From: Eledone cirrhosa
Lineage: Eukaryota
NCBI GenBank assembly: GCA_964016885.1
Contig: OZ024741.1
Span: 232,500,001 to 232,564,000, forward strand
DNA: 64,000 nt
Direction: 5' to 3'
How positions within the stretch are numbered: the stretch's first letter is position 1; each line of letters starts with the position of its first letter. The notes under the pieces are model-generated. The model was not told the DNA's origin and searched no databases. It saw only the letters and a program-made list of their open reading frames with translations. This document shows, piece after piece, positions 27,830-42,586 of the stretch. Made by a program: the position numbers and the translations under genes.

Positions 27830-30150
27830 GCTCTATTTTTCTCTGTTGCTAACCCCTTACTAAACCTAATGGACTCCATTCTAATCGCCCTTTTCAGAGC
27901 GAACCCCCATTTGTTGTTGACGATTGACTCCGACAACACCCGCTTAACTATTTCGCTAATCCGGTGTCTGAAGGCTTTGCGCGCTGTCAACGACGCGTTT
28001 AGCTTCCAATAGCCGAGTCCCTGTCTATGAAGCTTATCTTAGTCGACCACACAGTTTACGAATGTGTGGTCTGTGTAGTCGACTATTTTAAATTGTAGAC
28101 GACCTATGCTAGAACTATCTATTTCCTTACAAAATACTCTAGATACGATATGGATGACACGATGCGGTTTGCCTATGTCGACATTGGCCCATTGGGGAAA
28201 TCCACTCGGTACCTGTCTGACAGTTGGAAACGTCTGAGCAAGTTTGCGAGGCTTTTATACCTTCCTCCCCAATCCCCTAATCCCATACAATCCCAGCGTG
28301 CATCCAAGATTCCGGTCCAATCGCCAACTAACATTAGAGAGCGGGACGTTCCTAGGAAGGTCTCCAGTTGCCTGAAGAAATCTGGGCATAACCAGCTCTA
28401 GCCCAAAAGCGTTACCCTTCGCAGCTCGTCACGTCCTGCACCACCGACTCACCTTCTGGGTCCAGAAATATAGTCCGTATCACGAGATCCAGGCCTCTCC
28501 GAAACAACACAGCGACTCCGCCTCCCGATCCCAGCAGGCTTGGAGATGTGTACACATCGTACCCGCCGAAGATACGTGCGAAAGCATGTGCTTCGGAAAT
28601 TCTGGTCTCGCTGATGGCCACCACATTTATGTTCATTGACCTGAGGTCGTTGAGCAGGTGACCCTGCTTCCATGACGAACCCCAGGCTACGCGCATTATG
28701 CTGCCAACTCTGAGGAAGGTCATGTTGAAAAGGAGTGGAAAAAGATGGGAAAGACCACTTACCTCAGTTCTTTTGGAGGAAGGATCGTTTTCCGTCCTTC
28801 TGACTGTTTATGTCCTCCTCCGGAAGGGTGTCTTTATATAACCTCCTGGAAAGTATTTGCCGGAAGTCTGCGATGCCCTTGGGGAATTTTAATTTTAGTG
28901 ATGTGTATGTTTTTTGTGTGATACTAGTAATTTGTATGTGTGTGGGTGGTGTGAATTTTTGGGGTGTTGTATAGTCTTTTTCTGTGATGCTGGTCTTGTG
29001 TTGGATGTAGTGTAATAATTGCTTGTTCAAGTTTAATGCTGTGTAGTGTGTGTCGTTTTGGTTGATTTGTGATGCTTGTGTTTGTTGTGGGCTTGTTTCT
29101 GTTTCGCTTCTTGGTATTTTTTGTGGTGTTTGTGATGGTAGTGTTGCGGTTGATGATGGTGATGGGGCTGGTGATGCTGATGTGGGTGGTGGCGTAGCTC
29201 TCCTAACTTTCTTATTAGTTTGTTTGTTTCACCCTGTATTTTGTTTTAGGAGGGTGATGGAAGAGGGTACTTTCTTTTTTGGTTTCTTTTTCTTCCAGAT
29301 ACAGGTTCCCACCCCTCCTCCTCCTCCTCACAATCTGTCTCCAGTTGTGAGAGGTCAAAGAGTGGAATGTCCTCCACAGGTGTTGGTGTTGGTTGTGGCG
29401 TGGTGGATGGAGGCGGTGCTGGTGCTACTTCTTGCGCGGTGGGCGGTGGTTGTGTTGGTCTTGCTACTGTTGCTGCTACAGTTGCTGCTTTAGTTATTGC
29501 TGCCATTTCTGCTGCTGGTTTTGAATGTTGAGTCATTGGGTGGGCAGGAGATGGGGCTTAAACGTTTTAGCCATCCCTGAGGGTAGAAGGCCTTTAGGTG
29601 GGTTCTCTCGCCATAAACACCACACCTAGGCCTTCTACCTTCAACGATTACGGTGAGATGGCTGCCGTCATCGAAGCCTATTACCTCTGGAATCTCTTGG
29701 ATGTTGTTTTGGTCTGCTTGGATCAGGAACTCCATTCCAGATCCGGACCAGTTTTCCTGTTTTACTCTAATCACCTCGATTACTTTTGTGTCGGCCTCGA
29801 TGTCGTCGAGGACGGCAACCATCTACCAGGGAATTTCAATGGCCGGCGGAACCTATGTCACCCTGATTCTTACCAGCCTCTGACCACAGTATCTTGGGAC
29901 GAATGTGAACTCGTCACTTTTTAACGGGACCATGGACTGTTCTCTAGCTTCCTGTGGGGTTCCAAAGAACACGTCCAAGGTCCTATATCTTTTAGGGTTT
30001 TTGAGCCCACACTTGTCCGAAAGATTTTTGGATCTGGGACTCGGACGCGCTCCGTTCCGTCTGTTTTTATATTGATCATGCGAAAAGATACAGTACAGAA
30101 GCGCTTATGCTCCATGGTATTTGATGGAGGTGGGGTTGAGGCTGAACCTG
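27830..30150 (-). mobile_element. Tx1/L1-clade LINE 5' part (ORF1 + APE), degraded
   Basis: ORF1 pieces with VEGRRPRC zinc knuckle; ORF2 start MTFLRVGSI..WKQGHLL..VVAISETRI (APE). Confidence 0.85.
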
Positions 30151-30169
30151 TACCCATTTTTCTTCACCA

Positions 30170-30348
30170 TGATTTGCAGCATAGAGTTACTGTCCTTTAC
30201 GCTCTGAGTTCAAATCCCGCCGGGGTTAACTTTACCTTTCCTCCTTATGGGATCGATAAATAAAGCACCAGTAACGTACTGGGTTCGATTTAATCGACTT
30301 TCCCCACCCCTAAAATTACTGGCCTTGTTCCTATAGTAGAAATCATTA
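30170..30348 (+). mobile_element. tRNA-derived SINE (5'-truncated)
   Basis: B-box, core and tail as in the 6858 copy. Confidence 0.85.
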
Positions 30349-30689
30349 TTTTTTTGTCTCAGTTGTTGCTATGGTGGTGGCGGTGGTGGTTGTGGTAGTG
30401 GTGGTGATGGTGGTGGTGGTATCAGTGGTGTTGGATGTACTCTTCGACATTGTCATGATGGAGATGGCAGCATTAACACCTGTAAACATTGGTAAAGGCG
30501 GGAAGTCTACGACTGCACGTGGCAATCCTTGGTGACTGCTATTGTTGTTGCTGCTGCTATGGTAGCATTATTTTATCGGTCTTGGCAGGGCTCACAATGG
30601 TGGTGTTGGGTGAGGTGTGTATGTTAGAGCTGTGATCACGATAATACTTTTTCATACGCAAGTCGCCAATAATAATAATTATTATTATT

Positions 30690-32496
30690 GTTCTTTGTGT
30701 CTCAGTCATTGATGTTATTTAACTGGAAAGTTTGTTGAAATGAATATCAAGCCGCTACCTGCAGCCTCAGACATTCAGGACGTATCGATGGGCTCTTGCT
30801 GTTCCCAGCAAGGATGCCTTTTGAAATGTTCCAAAAAACGGGGATGGATTATTCTTCTTTAACCATCATTGGAAACTCTTTGATATAGTACCTAGTGCTC
30901 CTATGACAATCGGGACTACCTTGATCTCATGGCAGTTCCAAATTCTTTTTAACTCCCACTTTAAATCCTAATATCGGTTAATTTTCTCCCTCTCCTTTTC
31001 TTGCACTCTTGTGTCAAATGGGCAGGCTACATCTACAATCAAGCACGATCTTTTTTCCTTGTCGAAAACCACAAGGTCAGACCTATTGTGTTCTAATTTC
31101 TTGTCTGTCTGTATCCTGAAATACCATAGCGCATTCACCTGATCGTTTTCTATCAGCGATTCTGGCTTATACTCATATCACTTCTCAGAATGTGGTAAAT
31201 TGTTTAGTTTGCATAGATGCCAGTGAATCACCCTGCCTATCATATCTCCAGCCTTTATAGTAAGACTGGGCTAGGTATTTACACTCGGATACAATGTGAG
31301 CCACAGTCTCCTCATTCTCTCCACAGATCCTACACAGTGAGCTAGCCTCCTCCTTGTCAATATGGTGTTTCACCCATTTCGTTCTGAGGGCTTGCTCTTG
31401 CGCAGCTATTACCATTCCTTCTGTAGCTTTTTTAAGGTCTCCTCTTTTTAATCAGTTCCATGTATGTGGATCTCTAAATTCCATTTTCCTAAAGAAGGTG
31501 CTATGAAGGGATTTTTCATGAAGGTTGCTCTTCCTCCTTGTTGTTATTTCCTCCTTGGACATCCCCTGGTCTATTGTCTTCTCCTTCAGTACAAATTTGA
31601 GCATTGGCTCCCTACTGTCAGCCACATATTTGTGCATACTATTTTTCTCCGTCTGACACATGTCCTTTATGCTGCTAAGACCTCTTCCATCTTCAGATCT
31701 CTTTAAGTAGAGTCCATCAACATCACCCCTCTTGTGGAACATGTTGTAGATAGTCATTAGCTTCCTAGTCTTCCCATCCATTTCTTTTTGTTCAGCAACA
31801 TTCCATTTCAGAATTCCCGCACTGTACCTAATAATAGACACAGCTCGGGAATTTACTGTACTTATGACATTCCTACTATTTAGATGTGATTTTAGTATGT
31901 TCCTTACTCTCCTTATGTATTCAGATCTGATCAATTCCTTCTGTTTTTTGTTCTTGATGTCATCTGCCTCCAGAACACCTAAATATTTGTATCCCTCTTC
32001 AGTGTCAATTTCCTTTACCATCTCACCTGTTGGTACCTGGTTTCCGTTGTATCTGCTCAATTTACCCCCTCTTCATCACTAGGACTCCACACTTATTAAC
32101 ACCAAATTCCATACATATATCATTACTGAAAATACGGATAGAGTCAACAAGTACATCCAACTCCTTCTCACTCTTCCCAAAGAGTTTAAGATCGTCCATG
32201 CAGAGGAAGTGGTTGATGGTAAGCTCTCCTCATCCCAACTTGTATCCTGCTATTACTTTTCGCAATATCACGGACAGGGGTATCAGGGCAAGGACAAACA
32301 ACAAAGGGGACAAACTATCTCCCTCGAAGATACCTCTCTTGATTTTTACGCCTCCCAAGGATTCTCCACCTGATGTTAACTCTGTTTTCCAGGACTTCAT
32401 ACGTTTGCTTAATAGCTGTTTGATGTTAACTGCCACCTTGAAGATCTCTAGGCTTTTGGTTATCCAAGAATGAGGTAACATGTCGAATGCCTTTTT
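30690..32496 (-). mobile_element. R4/Dong-clade non-LTR retrotransposon, 5'-truncated (RT, CCHC, RLE)
   Basis: RGIFEGDSLSPLLF, YKYLGVLE, CRICG..ETVAHIVSEC and (P)DLVV.DK..IVDVACPFD. Flanked by (TAA/ATT)n on both sides. Confidence 0.85.
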
Positions 32497-32564
32497 GTTA
32501 TTATTAATATTATCATTATTATTATTGAAGGTGAAGTCACGCTTCTTATCGGCTCCAATTTTTT

Positions 32565-33300
32565 TTCAACAGCTTACCTCGTTTTCAAACGTTCTTAACC
32601 TTTTATTCAAGTTTTAAACTTGATAAACGTTTAGAAGTGACCCACCTAATACACAGGTTCGCTCATAAATAATACGGTACCCCTTTATGGGGTGTCGTAT
32701 TATGTAAAGAGTTATTTGAAAAAATTGCTTTCAACATGGATAACACAAAAAAGAGAGAGAGCGCTGTCAGACAACACAGAGAGAGGGGGGACTTTGTCAA
32801 CATGCCAACAAGACATCGTTCTGGCGAAGGTAAATATAGAATAGAATATTACGAAGGAAAAGAGGAACAATATAATGTTTAATGATATTGTTACAGATTT
32901 AGAATTACCAAATATTACTAACACAAACAACAGCAACAATAACACCAACAACAACACCATCAATAACAATAGCAACAACAAAAATAGCAGTGATAAGGTC
33001 GAGAAAGACAATAACAACGACAATAACAACAGCCATGACAATAACAGTTGGAACAGTATCAACAAAAACAACAATAACAACAGTCACAATAACAGTAACA
33101 GCAGCAACAGTATCAACGAAAACAACAACAATGACAACAATGACAACAACAACAGTACCAACGAAAACAACAACAATGACAACAGTAACAGCAACAACAG
33201 TACCAACGAAAACAACAACAATGACATCAATACCAGTAACAACGATCTCAGCACCACCCGCAAGACCAGTAGCGGCAGCAATAGTGGTGCCGCTGAAAAA
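32565..33300 (+). repeat. Segment X: AAC-rich leader, duplicated at 63410-64000
   Basis: Closely similar sequence (ttacctcgttttcaa..gagagagagcgctgtcagaca..) at both sites, each just after an (ATT)n tract. Probably the 5' end of the Tx1-like element. Confidence 0.8.
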
Positions 33301-33399
33301 GGGGCCACTTCTTTTGCAATGTGGCCCGAAATATCGAAACAGTGTTAGTCACAGAGGAGGAGATGGCAGTCGCAAGGACCATGGTAACAAGAAGCGCCA

Positions 33400-36060
33400 A
33401 TAGAGATTCCCTGAAACCTCCACACGATTTTTTCAAGGACTAGCAGCTACGGACGGTGACTTACCGCACCTTAAGCAAAATGTCATATCGGGTGGAGAGA
33501 GCCACGGAGGCTCAAATCCAAAAGGCAATGGGGTGCGTCTGGGCGTGGAAAATCCACATCACCCGAGGCAGAATGTATGCCACAGTGGAGGTACTTTTCG
33601 CTACCCCTCAAGAGGCGAAGTCTCACACTTTGGAAACCCTAAAGAGTGAGGAGATAGTCTTGGTCCCCTTCTACTGCGGGCAGAAATTTGTGAGGGTCAA
33701 AGTGACCCAGGTCCCACCCGCCGTACCCATACCTTGGCTGGCCGCGCCTGTTCTTGTTGAAATCGAGGACAGGATGACCATGCTGCAAGTAGAGAAAATA
33801 GAGAGAGAACTGGTCAGGTACAGGCATGCAAATGCTTATACGATCTGACCAGGAGTGTATCGACGCTATCCCCGATATCATAGACCTCGAGGAAGGACTC
33901 AAACTACCTATAAGCGTGGAAGGAAGACGGCCAAAATGTAATCTCTGTGGGTCAACGGGTCACCTCAGGGCCTTATGCCCGCAGAAGACAGCGAAGTAGA
34001 AGACCCCCCCCCTCCTCCCAATGCATGGTCCGCTGCTACCAAGAGCAGGGCAGACAACAAACGCAGAAGACCCTTCCACGGTAAGTTGGAGGCCAACGTC
34101 CGTGGCACTCGTACCAAGGCCAAGGACAACTAAAGCAGCAGCATCAGTGGCGGCAACACCAGTAGCTACATTTGCAGTAGCTGCACCAGCAACAAGATCG
34201 CCGGAGAGAGCTCCACTACCACCACCGTCAACCGTGGAGTACATACCCCTCCCAGACGCCACGGAATCCGACATGGAGTTTGAGGCGGGAGTTAAGTGGC
34301 AACCGGTCTGCCACAAAAAGAAAAAAGAAAAAATACTTACCTTCACCCTCCAAAAGCGAAGGCAAACAAAGAGGGGTAAAGGCTGCAAGGTGACTCACAC
34401 CACCGCCACCGGCATCACCACAAACATCAACATCGCAAACACAAGACAAACATACCCAACAGCAGCAACAAGAAGACAGAAACAAAACAAAACCACCCCA
34501 AAAATATTACACTTCCATAAACTTGGCAAATAAAGAACTCTTAGGACATATAACGCAGCACACAGGCATTACGGACAAAAATTAATACACCCCAGCAACA
34601 CCAAGAACTCTCTCGAAAAATATAAGCATTATTGAAATTAAAATAGGACATTACAAACATTTAAAAGAAAAATTCCCCAGTGCAGTTGGAGACTTCAGAG
34701 GGTCAGTTACCAAGAGGATATACACCGACATCACCTTCGAGACACCTATGACCAGCCAAAGGGAGGATTCAACTGTCCCTTCCCCACACGATCAGGGTAG
34801 GTGATCCTTTCTCACTTATTCCATTCCTCACCAAACATGGCCTTACTTAGAATAGGCAGTATAAATGTACGTGGCCTGGGGTCATCTTGGAAGCAGGGTC
34901 ACCTGCTTATCGATCTCAGGTTATTAAACATAGATGTGGTGGCCATCAGCGAGACCAGAATCTCCGAAGCACGAGCCTTCGCATCGATCTTCGACGGCTA
35001 CGATGTATACACATCTCCCAGTTGTCCGGGAGCAGGGGGTGGAGTTGCTGTGCTTTTTCGGAGAGGTTTGGAGCTCGCCATACGGGCCATCTTCCTGGAC
35101 CCAGAAGGTAAATCGGTGGTGCTGGACGTGACCCGCAGCGAAGGCAATGCTTTCAGGCTAGTAGCCTTCTACGCCCGAAAGGGACAGGACGGCCAGATTT
35201 CTTCAGACGTCTAGAGATCTTTCTTGGAACGTCCCGCTCTTTAGTGTTAGTGGATGACTGGGACGGTATCTTAGATGTACGCTGGGATTATATGGGACTA
35301 GCAAATAAGGGAGGAGGATGTAAAAGCCTCACCAACCTACTGAGACGTTTTCAACTGTCTGACTGGTATCGACTGGATTATGGGCCAATGTGGACATGGG
35401 CAAACCGCAGCGGGTCATCCAGATCGTATCTAGATAGGGTATTGTGTATGGAAACAGATAAAGCTAGCGTAGGTTGTCCAGAATTTAAAGTAGTCGGCTA
35501 CTCGGACCACAAACTTGTGATCTGCAAAGTCGACTTAGATAGACTTCATAGGCGAGGACCTGGTTACTGGAAGCTGAACGCGACTTTCCCGGCGCGCAAA
35601 GCTTACAGAGACCGGATAAGCGAATTAGTTAAGCATGCGTTGACGGGTGCGATCGTCAATAACAGGTGGTGGTTTACCCTGAAAAGGGCAATTAGAGAAG
35701 AATCAATAAGGTTTAGCAAAGGAGTAAAGATAGAGGAAAATAGAGTAGGAGAGCTAGTTAGAAAACTAGTTAGAAAGAGGCGTTCTATAGAGGATTAGTG
35801 GAGGGGAAGAGCGACGACGTTCTCGGAGAGATCCTGGGCGTAGAAGAAGATCAGTTGTTTGCTCACTTCCGGAGAACTTTCAGCCCATGCCCTATGGATA
35901 ACTTCCACAAATCCCTGTCCTGGCAATGCTACCGGGGAGCGTTGCCGGTTCGAGATAAGCTCTACAGGCACGGAAGTTCCGTCAGCCGAGCCTGTCCGAG
36001 ATGCGCGCAGAGCGACGAAACCGTCGTGCACGCACTCGTTCAGTGCCCGAGCATTGCTGA
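33400..36060 (+). mobile_element. Tx1/L1-clade LINE with RT deleted (ORF1, APE, then C-terminal zinc knuckle)
   Basis: ORF1 fragments at 33456-34533, APE at 34801-35798 (SDHKLV, GPGYWKLN), then a direct jump near 35785 to YRGALPVRDKL..CPRC..ETVVHALVQC. Confidence 0.85.
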
Positions 36061-38245
36061 CTAAAATAGATGGCTTATTTTCTTGTTTTCAATTTTGTAA
36101 CCGTACCTCGTTCTATTAAGTTCGGATGAAAGGGGTATTAGAGCTATGCAAAAAAGTATGGGAGAAAGTGAGTCACCATGGAAAATGCCACAGTTGATTT
36201 TTATATTCTTAGAACTTAGTACTCCAATGGAATGAAATGATTGGAGATTTGTGTTCCACAATGACATATTGCGTTTCGGGAAGTTTGAAATCACAGGTGA
36301 GATTTTGAAGATGTCCAGTGATAAAGAATCCATGAGTGCAGTATGCTGTCAAAGGCTTTTTTGAAGTCGAATCATGCACAACTGAGATTTCTGTGTTTAT
36401 TATTTCAGTTCTCAAAGATCATACGATTAATCAAGAGTTGATCTTTACAACCATATGAACCTCGTCGGCACGCTTTTTGTTCAATGGAGAAAAGATTGTT
36501 CTCCTCCAAAAACACGAATGCTTTCTCTTTTTGGGGAGGATCCTTAGTTTCATTGTTCTTTGGAAGAAGGTAAGTAATGTCACTTGCTATTCAGTCAGGT
36601 GTGTTTTGGGGCTCTTTCATAATTCCATTGAACTGCTTAACTTATATATTGTGAGTGCACGGGAGGGAACAAAGCCAGAAATTTGGCACACTGTCTCTAC
36701 CAGGAGATTTCCAATTATGAGCTTTATTGAGTGCTGTCCTTAAGTCTGCTATAGAGATGTCTTCCCATGCCTATTCTTGTAAATTTGTGTCGGATTTTTC
36801 CAAGCGACTAATCCAATCTAGATTAGCATTATGTGACTTCTCATCACTCCAAATCTTTCTCCAAATGTTTTCAACTTCTATGGTTATTTTATCTTCAATA
36901 GTTATTTTATCCTGTCCTATTTCTTTACAAAATGACTTGGCATTGGATGAGAACAACTTATTTTGGCTGTAGAAGTTGTTTCACTTCTCAAATCTACAAA
37001 TTCGTTGGGCTTTTGCATGGACTTTTTGTTTCAAAGTTTTCTTTGTTGATATTAGTATTTCTCTAGAAGAAAATCCATATTTTCTCTTTAACTTTCTTCC
37101 CTTGCTGGATCTTACACTATTTCCAGTGATTAACTCATTCAGTAAAGATATTTCTCCTCCCATTAGGTCAATCTCCTTTTCAATTCTACTCATCCAAATT
37201 GGTTTACTTCTCAAGATAGACGTTCTTTGTATTTTTTTGTTTGTTTGTGGTAAACAGCTTGTTTCAATTACTCTAGCAGATGCATAAATGATTTCATTTG
37301 ACTCTGTAAGATCATGTTCTAATTCGTCTATGATTTCTTTTGTTACAGTTAACAATCATTATTTTTGTTTAATTATTTTGGACTGTATTTGGGAGTCTTT
37401 TTAAGTAGTTCTCTATCAGTTATATCTGTGTGCCTTACATATGCAAGCTCATTCAGTATTTCCTGTTTCAATTCCTTCATAGACTCTCTGTGTTCTTCAG
37501 CAAACGTTTGGTCTTCAAGTACTGTTTCTATGCTCCTTTCCTGGCTATTTTCAGCAGGTTCAATAGGACTTCTCATTTCTAGAGACCAATTGAGATTTGA
37601 TCAGATGGTGGTTCTTCGGTAAAGATTTGTGACTGGTTACTATCCCCAGGATATTCTTCAGTTCTTTCATGGCGTATATATATGTCATTCTCCACAGCAT
37701 GCTTGATCGCAGTTATTTCAGTATCCGTGTGTCTATTATTTCTGAAGATATCCCTCCTAACATTTGCTAACTTATTTTCATCCAGATAAAGTCTGCTAGC
37801 GTAATTCCGTGTTTTCCAAATTTTGTAAAGGTTTGCAGTGTGCCTGTCTTGTGATGGCTTACTTAATGCATAGCAATGTGCGTATATTACTTCTTTATAC
37901 TCTTCTCCGATCCATTTCATCCATTTACATTTTTCTGTTTGGGGCGGCTTGGATGGGGGCATCGGTGGAGTGGAGGGTGGGGGTCTCGAGTTGGGGCAAT
38001 CCCCGTTCAAGTGACCATCTAGGTCCATAATCGGAGAAGAGCTTGTTCCAGAAGAGGACTTTTCGATCTCAGGTTGCCGCCTTCCTGAGGGACGCGCTTT
38101 CTGATTAACCATAGGACAAGCGATTTGGATTTTTATTTGTTCTTCACGCGATACATACTTGCGTGACGCATGGAATTGGAAGTCCATGGAATGTTGTCCG
38201 GCTCTTTGGGTAGTGCATTGGTTGGCCAGCAGTGAAATCATTATT
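36061..38245 (-). mobile_element. R4/Dong-like non-LTR retrotransposon 5' part, degraded
   Basis: GIFHGDSLSPILFCIAL..GYKI..KISHLF (RT), with upstream N-terminal pieces WMKW..EEYKEVIYAH and KQKVHAKAQRI.RF. Confidence 0.75.
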
Positions 38246-38246
38246 A

Positions 38247-38426
38247 ACAGTATCGGTAGAGGGTCGGACGCCATGCTTTGACGCATAGAGTTACGGCCCT
38301 TGCCATTCTGTGTTCAAATCCCGCCGAAGTTAACTTTGCCTTTCATCCTTACGGGGTCGATAAAATAAAGTACCAGTAATACACTGGGAAATTGCTGGCC
38401 TTGTGCCAAAAGTAGAAACAATTATT
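38247..38426 (+). mobile_element. tRNA-derived SINE
   Basis: Near-full SINE, same family as 6858. Confidence 0.85.
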
Positions 38427-38790
38427 ACCATTATAACAACAGTATAGTTATGGTCATTGAAGTTGATGATTGGGGTGATGAGATGGTTGCACCTGTAACA
38501 GGTGTAAGAGAATTTTCTCAACTGTTCCTGTGGTATAAATGATGTCGGTGGTGGTAGCGCGGGATTGATGTTAGGGGTGGGGTGCTAGGGTGGTAGTGTG
38601 TGTGTGTGTGTGTGGGGGGGGGGGGGCATTGTAGCTTATTGGAGTTGCTTCTCCAACGTTATGTTCCATTTTTAATTTTATAGTTTTCTTGTTGTTGAGT
38701 GTAAGGTGTAAATGGGGTGATAGTAGTTTTTCGTTTTGTGTGGCTTTTGTATGAGTTTCTTACATACATATATAAATATATGTTCATATA

Positions 38791-39367
38791 CTAGCTGAAA
38801 TACCCGTCGTTGCCCGGATTACAGTTGTTCTTATTTAGATTAGTAAACAACTAGCAGTGGAGCCCAGCGTTGCATGAGATTGGAAAAATTAAACTTCAAA
38901 AGTATAGTAACAGGTATAAATAAAAAATCAAATATGATTGTGAGTTGTGCACATGGAGCGGAAACAGAGGTTGTAGTTTATGCCCAACTTCTTTGGTGAA
39001 AAAGATAAACCAGTAACACCCGGTGTTATTGTTGCTAACTGTTGGCGGGGACTTTTTCAGTAGATCCGTTCTGACTCTTTTGCACCAAGCAATCTTTTAC
39101 TGGTACAACCGATGTCTTATGAAATACGCCCTTTATACTAAATATCAGTGCATCACGTGCTATGCCAGTGGGGAAAAATTGATAAACCCGCATGGACCAA
39201 GAAGTAACTCATGAAATTGAGGTGCCGTTTGATTTGATTTTTACCTGATAGGGGCTACAGTAAGCAGAACTACTAAAATGTTATGAGTAAAAAATATTAA
39301 ACGGAACACAATGCATAATTGGTGCAAATTCGAATAAAATGTGTTGCAAGTTTTAGAAGTTATGCGG

Positions 39368-39461
<94 letters not shown>

Positions 39462-39480
39462 TGTCTATTATATATCGAGA
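38791..39480 (-). mobile_element. Non-autonomous Helitron with two 3' termini
   Basis: Minus strand ccgggcaacgacggg..gctag ending at 38791, a second terminus at 38851, and (CA)n near the 5' end. Confidence 0.6.
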
Positions 39481-40420
39481 GATAAATAAGAAGATATGTT
39501 TCTTTTTCCTCATAATTATTTCAAAATATCAAAACTGCAATGATAATAGAGTTTAGAAATGAAAATCTGTCAAGCTTGAAACACCTTAGGGTAAACAATA
39601 TTCATTGTGTAATCTTTGTTGGTGTCTAAATAAATAAATTGTTGCTACACACTCACACACATACACGCTCATATACATATACTAAGACAGACATATATTC
39701 ACGCAGACACACGCATTGCTTTCCACCTCATTTCATTTACAGTCGCTACACCAAATTAAAACATACACTCACACATACATACACTCACATATACACGAAC
39801 ACACACATACACTCTCTCATACCCTCACACACAAACATACACTCTCATTCAGATACTGAGACAGAGACACACAGACATACATTCACGCACACCTGTCTCT
39901 CATCACGTACGTATCTGTAAGTGTAGATGTGTGTTTAATTCTCTGAGGCCCAACGAACTCACAAACACACACATATTCACAGACATATTCACACTCATAT
40001 ACAAAATGTGACGGTCGTCGTCGAAGTCGTAGTCGTTGTGGTGGTTTACTCTATAGCTCACTATAGAAATATTATTTTAGATAAAATGTCATATTGCTTT
40101 AATCCAAATGAAAATAAAATTTACATGTTGACACTCTCGGGGACTAATACTATTACCTCGTAAAATTTGATTTGATTTGGTCCAGCAGTTTAAGATTGCA
40201 TAGGAACAGACAGACAAACAGTGAATCAAATAATTTTATATAGAGAGAGATACATATATACACACACACGTATATATATATATATATTGTTATGCTTTGG
40301 GAGGGTCATGTTGCCAATAAGAAACTCACGCACCAGTTGCTTGACCCTCCCAAAGCATAACAATATCGGTTTCAACACACGTTTTCAGATAAACAATCTT
40401 ACTAAACAAATTCAGAAACG

Positions 40421-40501
<81 letters not shown>

Positions 40502-40700
40502 AACGAGTAGGACCCCGACGGCTGGGATCAAGCCGTTTCGACGGCTAATCCAGAATTGGCTAGTCCAGAATTAGCCGTCGAAACGGCTTGAGCTCAGCCG
40601 TCGGGGTCCTACTCGTTCCTATTACCCACTCTACTACCCTATGTATTGAGTACGTTGGTGCGTTATGGTCCATCTGGTTCCGTACCACATTTCCTTCGTT

Positions 40701-41127
<427 letters not shown>

Positions 41128-41182
41128 CTTTCACTCGTGTAGGACACCTCGGTTATTTTTCATTTTGTAAAAAAAAACTCAC

Positions 41183-41220
<38 letters not shown>

Positions 41221-41222
<2 letters not shown>

Positions 41223-42586
41223 CAAACATGAGAAGAAAGAAGAATACTGCGTGATGCACATGGGTTACATATGATAAAAATAGTCCTTCGTCAGTGATTT
41301 TCCAACGATCATTGATATTTCATCGCATTAAAAATCATATACCTCAGGTTGGTGCGTGCAATAGCTAAATAAAGCTATTGGGACAAGTAAATCGCGTAAA
41401 GCGAGTGAGACAAGTAAACAACATAGAAGGATGAAAGCAACGCAAAGATAGGGATAAACAAGCAACATGGTTATCCGGTCAGCAAAAACTGGGTGGATTT
41501 CATGAGCGATCGAGATACAGACCGTCCGACGTGAGTGAGATGTGAGCAAGAAGAGAACCCACTACAAGCCAAACGGGAGGAAGTGAGAAGGGGAGAAACA
41601 GCGAGTGAAAGAGTGGAAGTGCGAGGAAGAGGTCAGTCGAGAGAAAGTGTAACTGACAGAGGGGGCGAAAGAAGGCGAGAGCAACAGACAGAACGGGGAA
41701 GCAGTAAGAGAGAAACAGACAAACGCAGCCGAGGTAAATATATATAAAAAACATGAGAAGAAAGAAGAATACTGCGTGGTTCCACATGTGTTACATATGA
41801 TAAAAATAGGCCTTCGTCAGTGATTTTTCCAACCATCATAGATATTACATCGCATTAAAAATCATATACCTCACGTTGTTACGAGCAATAGCTAAATAAA
41901 GCTATTGGTACAAGTAAATCGCGTAAAGCGAGTGAGACAAGTAAACAACATAGAAGGCTGAAAGCAACGCAAAGATAGGAATAAACAAGCAACATGGTTA
42001 TCCGGTCAGCATATACTGGGTGGATTTCATGAGCGATCGAGATACAGACCATCCGACGTGAGTGAGATGTGAGCAAGAAGAGAACCCACTACAAGCCAAT
42101 CGCGAGGAAGTGAGAAGGGGAGAAACAGAGAGTGAGTGAGTGGAAGTGCGAGGAAGAGGTCAGTCGAGACAAAGTGTAACTGACAGAGGGGGCGAAAGAA
42201 GGTGAGAGAAACAGAGAGAGCGGGGAAGCAGTAAGAGAGAAACAGACAAACGCAGCCGAGGTCTTCTTTCTCACATCCCATTCACAGCGAAAGGTCTGTT
42301 TGCTAAGCGCTCATGAATTCACCCAGCTTATGCTGACCGAATAACCATGTTGCTTGTTTTTCTTCCCATCTTCGGTTAGCTTTTCCTTCTTGTTGTTTAC
42401 TTGTCTCACTCGCTTTACGTGTTTCACTTGTCCCAATAGCTTATTTTAGTTATTGCTCGCACCAACGTGAGGTATATGATTTTTAATGCGATGAAATACC
42501 AATGATCGTTGGCAAATCACTGATGAGGGACTAATTTTATAATATGTAATCCATGTGCAACACTGCAGTATTCTTCTCCCCATATT

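Noticed and set aside
32875-33403. Poly-Asn/poly-Thr ORFs as a mucin or prion-like host gene
   Set aside because: An (AAC)n-rich tract is open in several frames, is duplicated at 63.6 kb and is attached to a LINE; no splice evidence.
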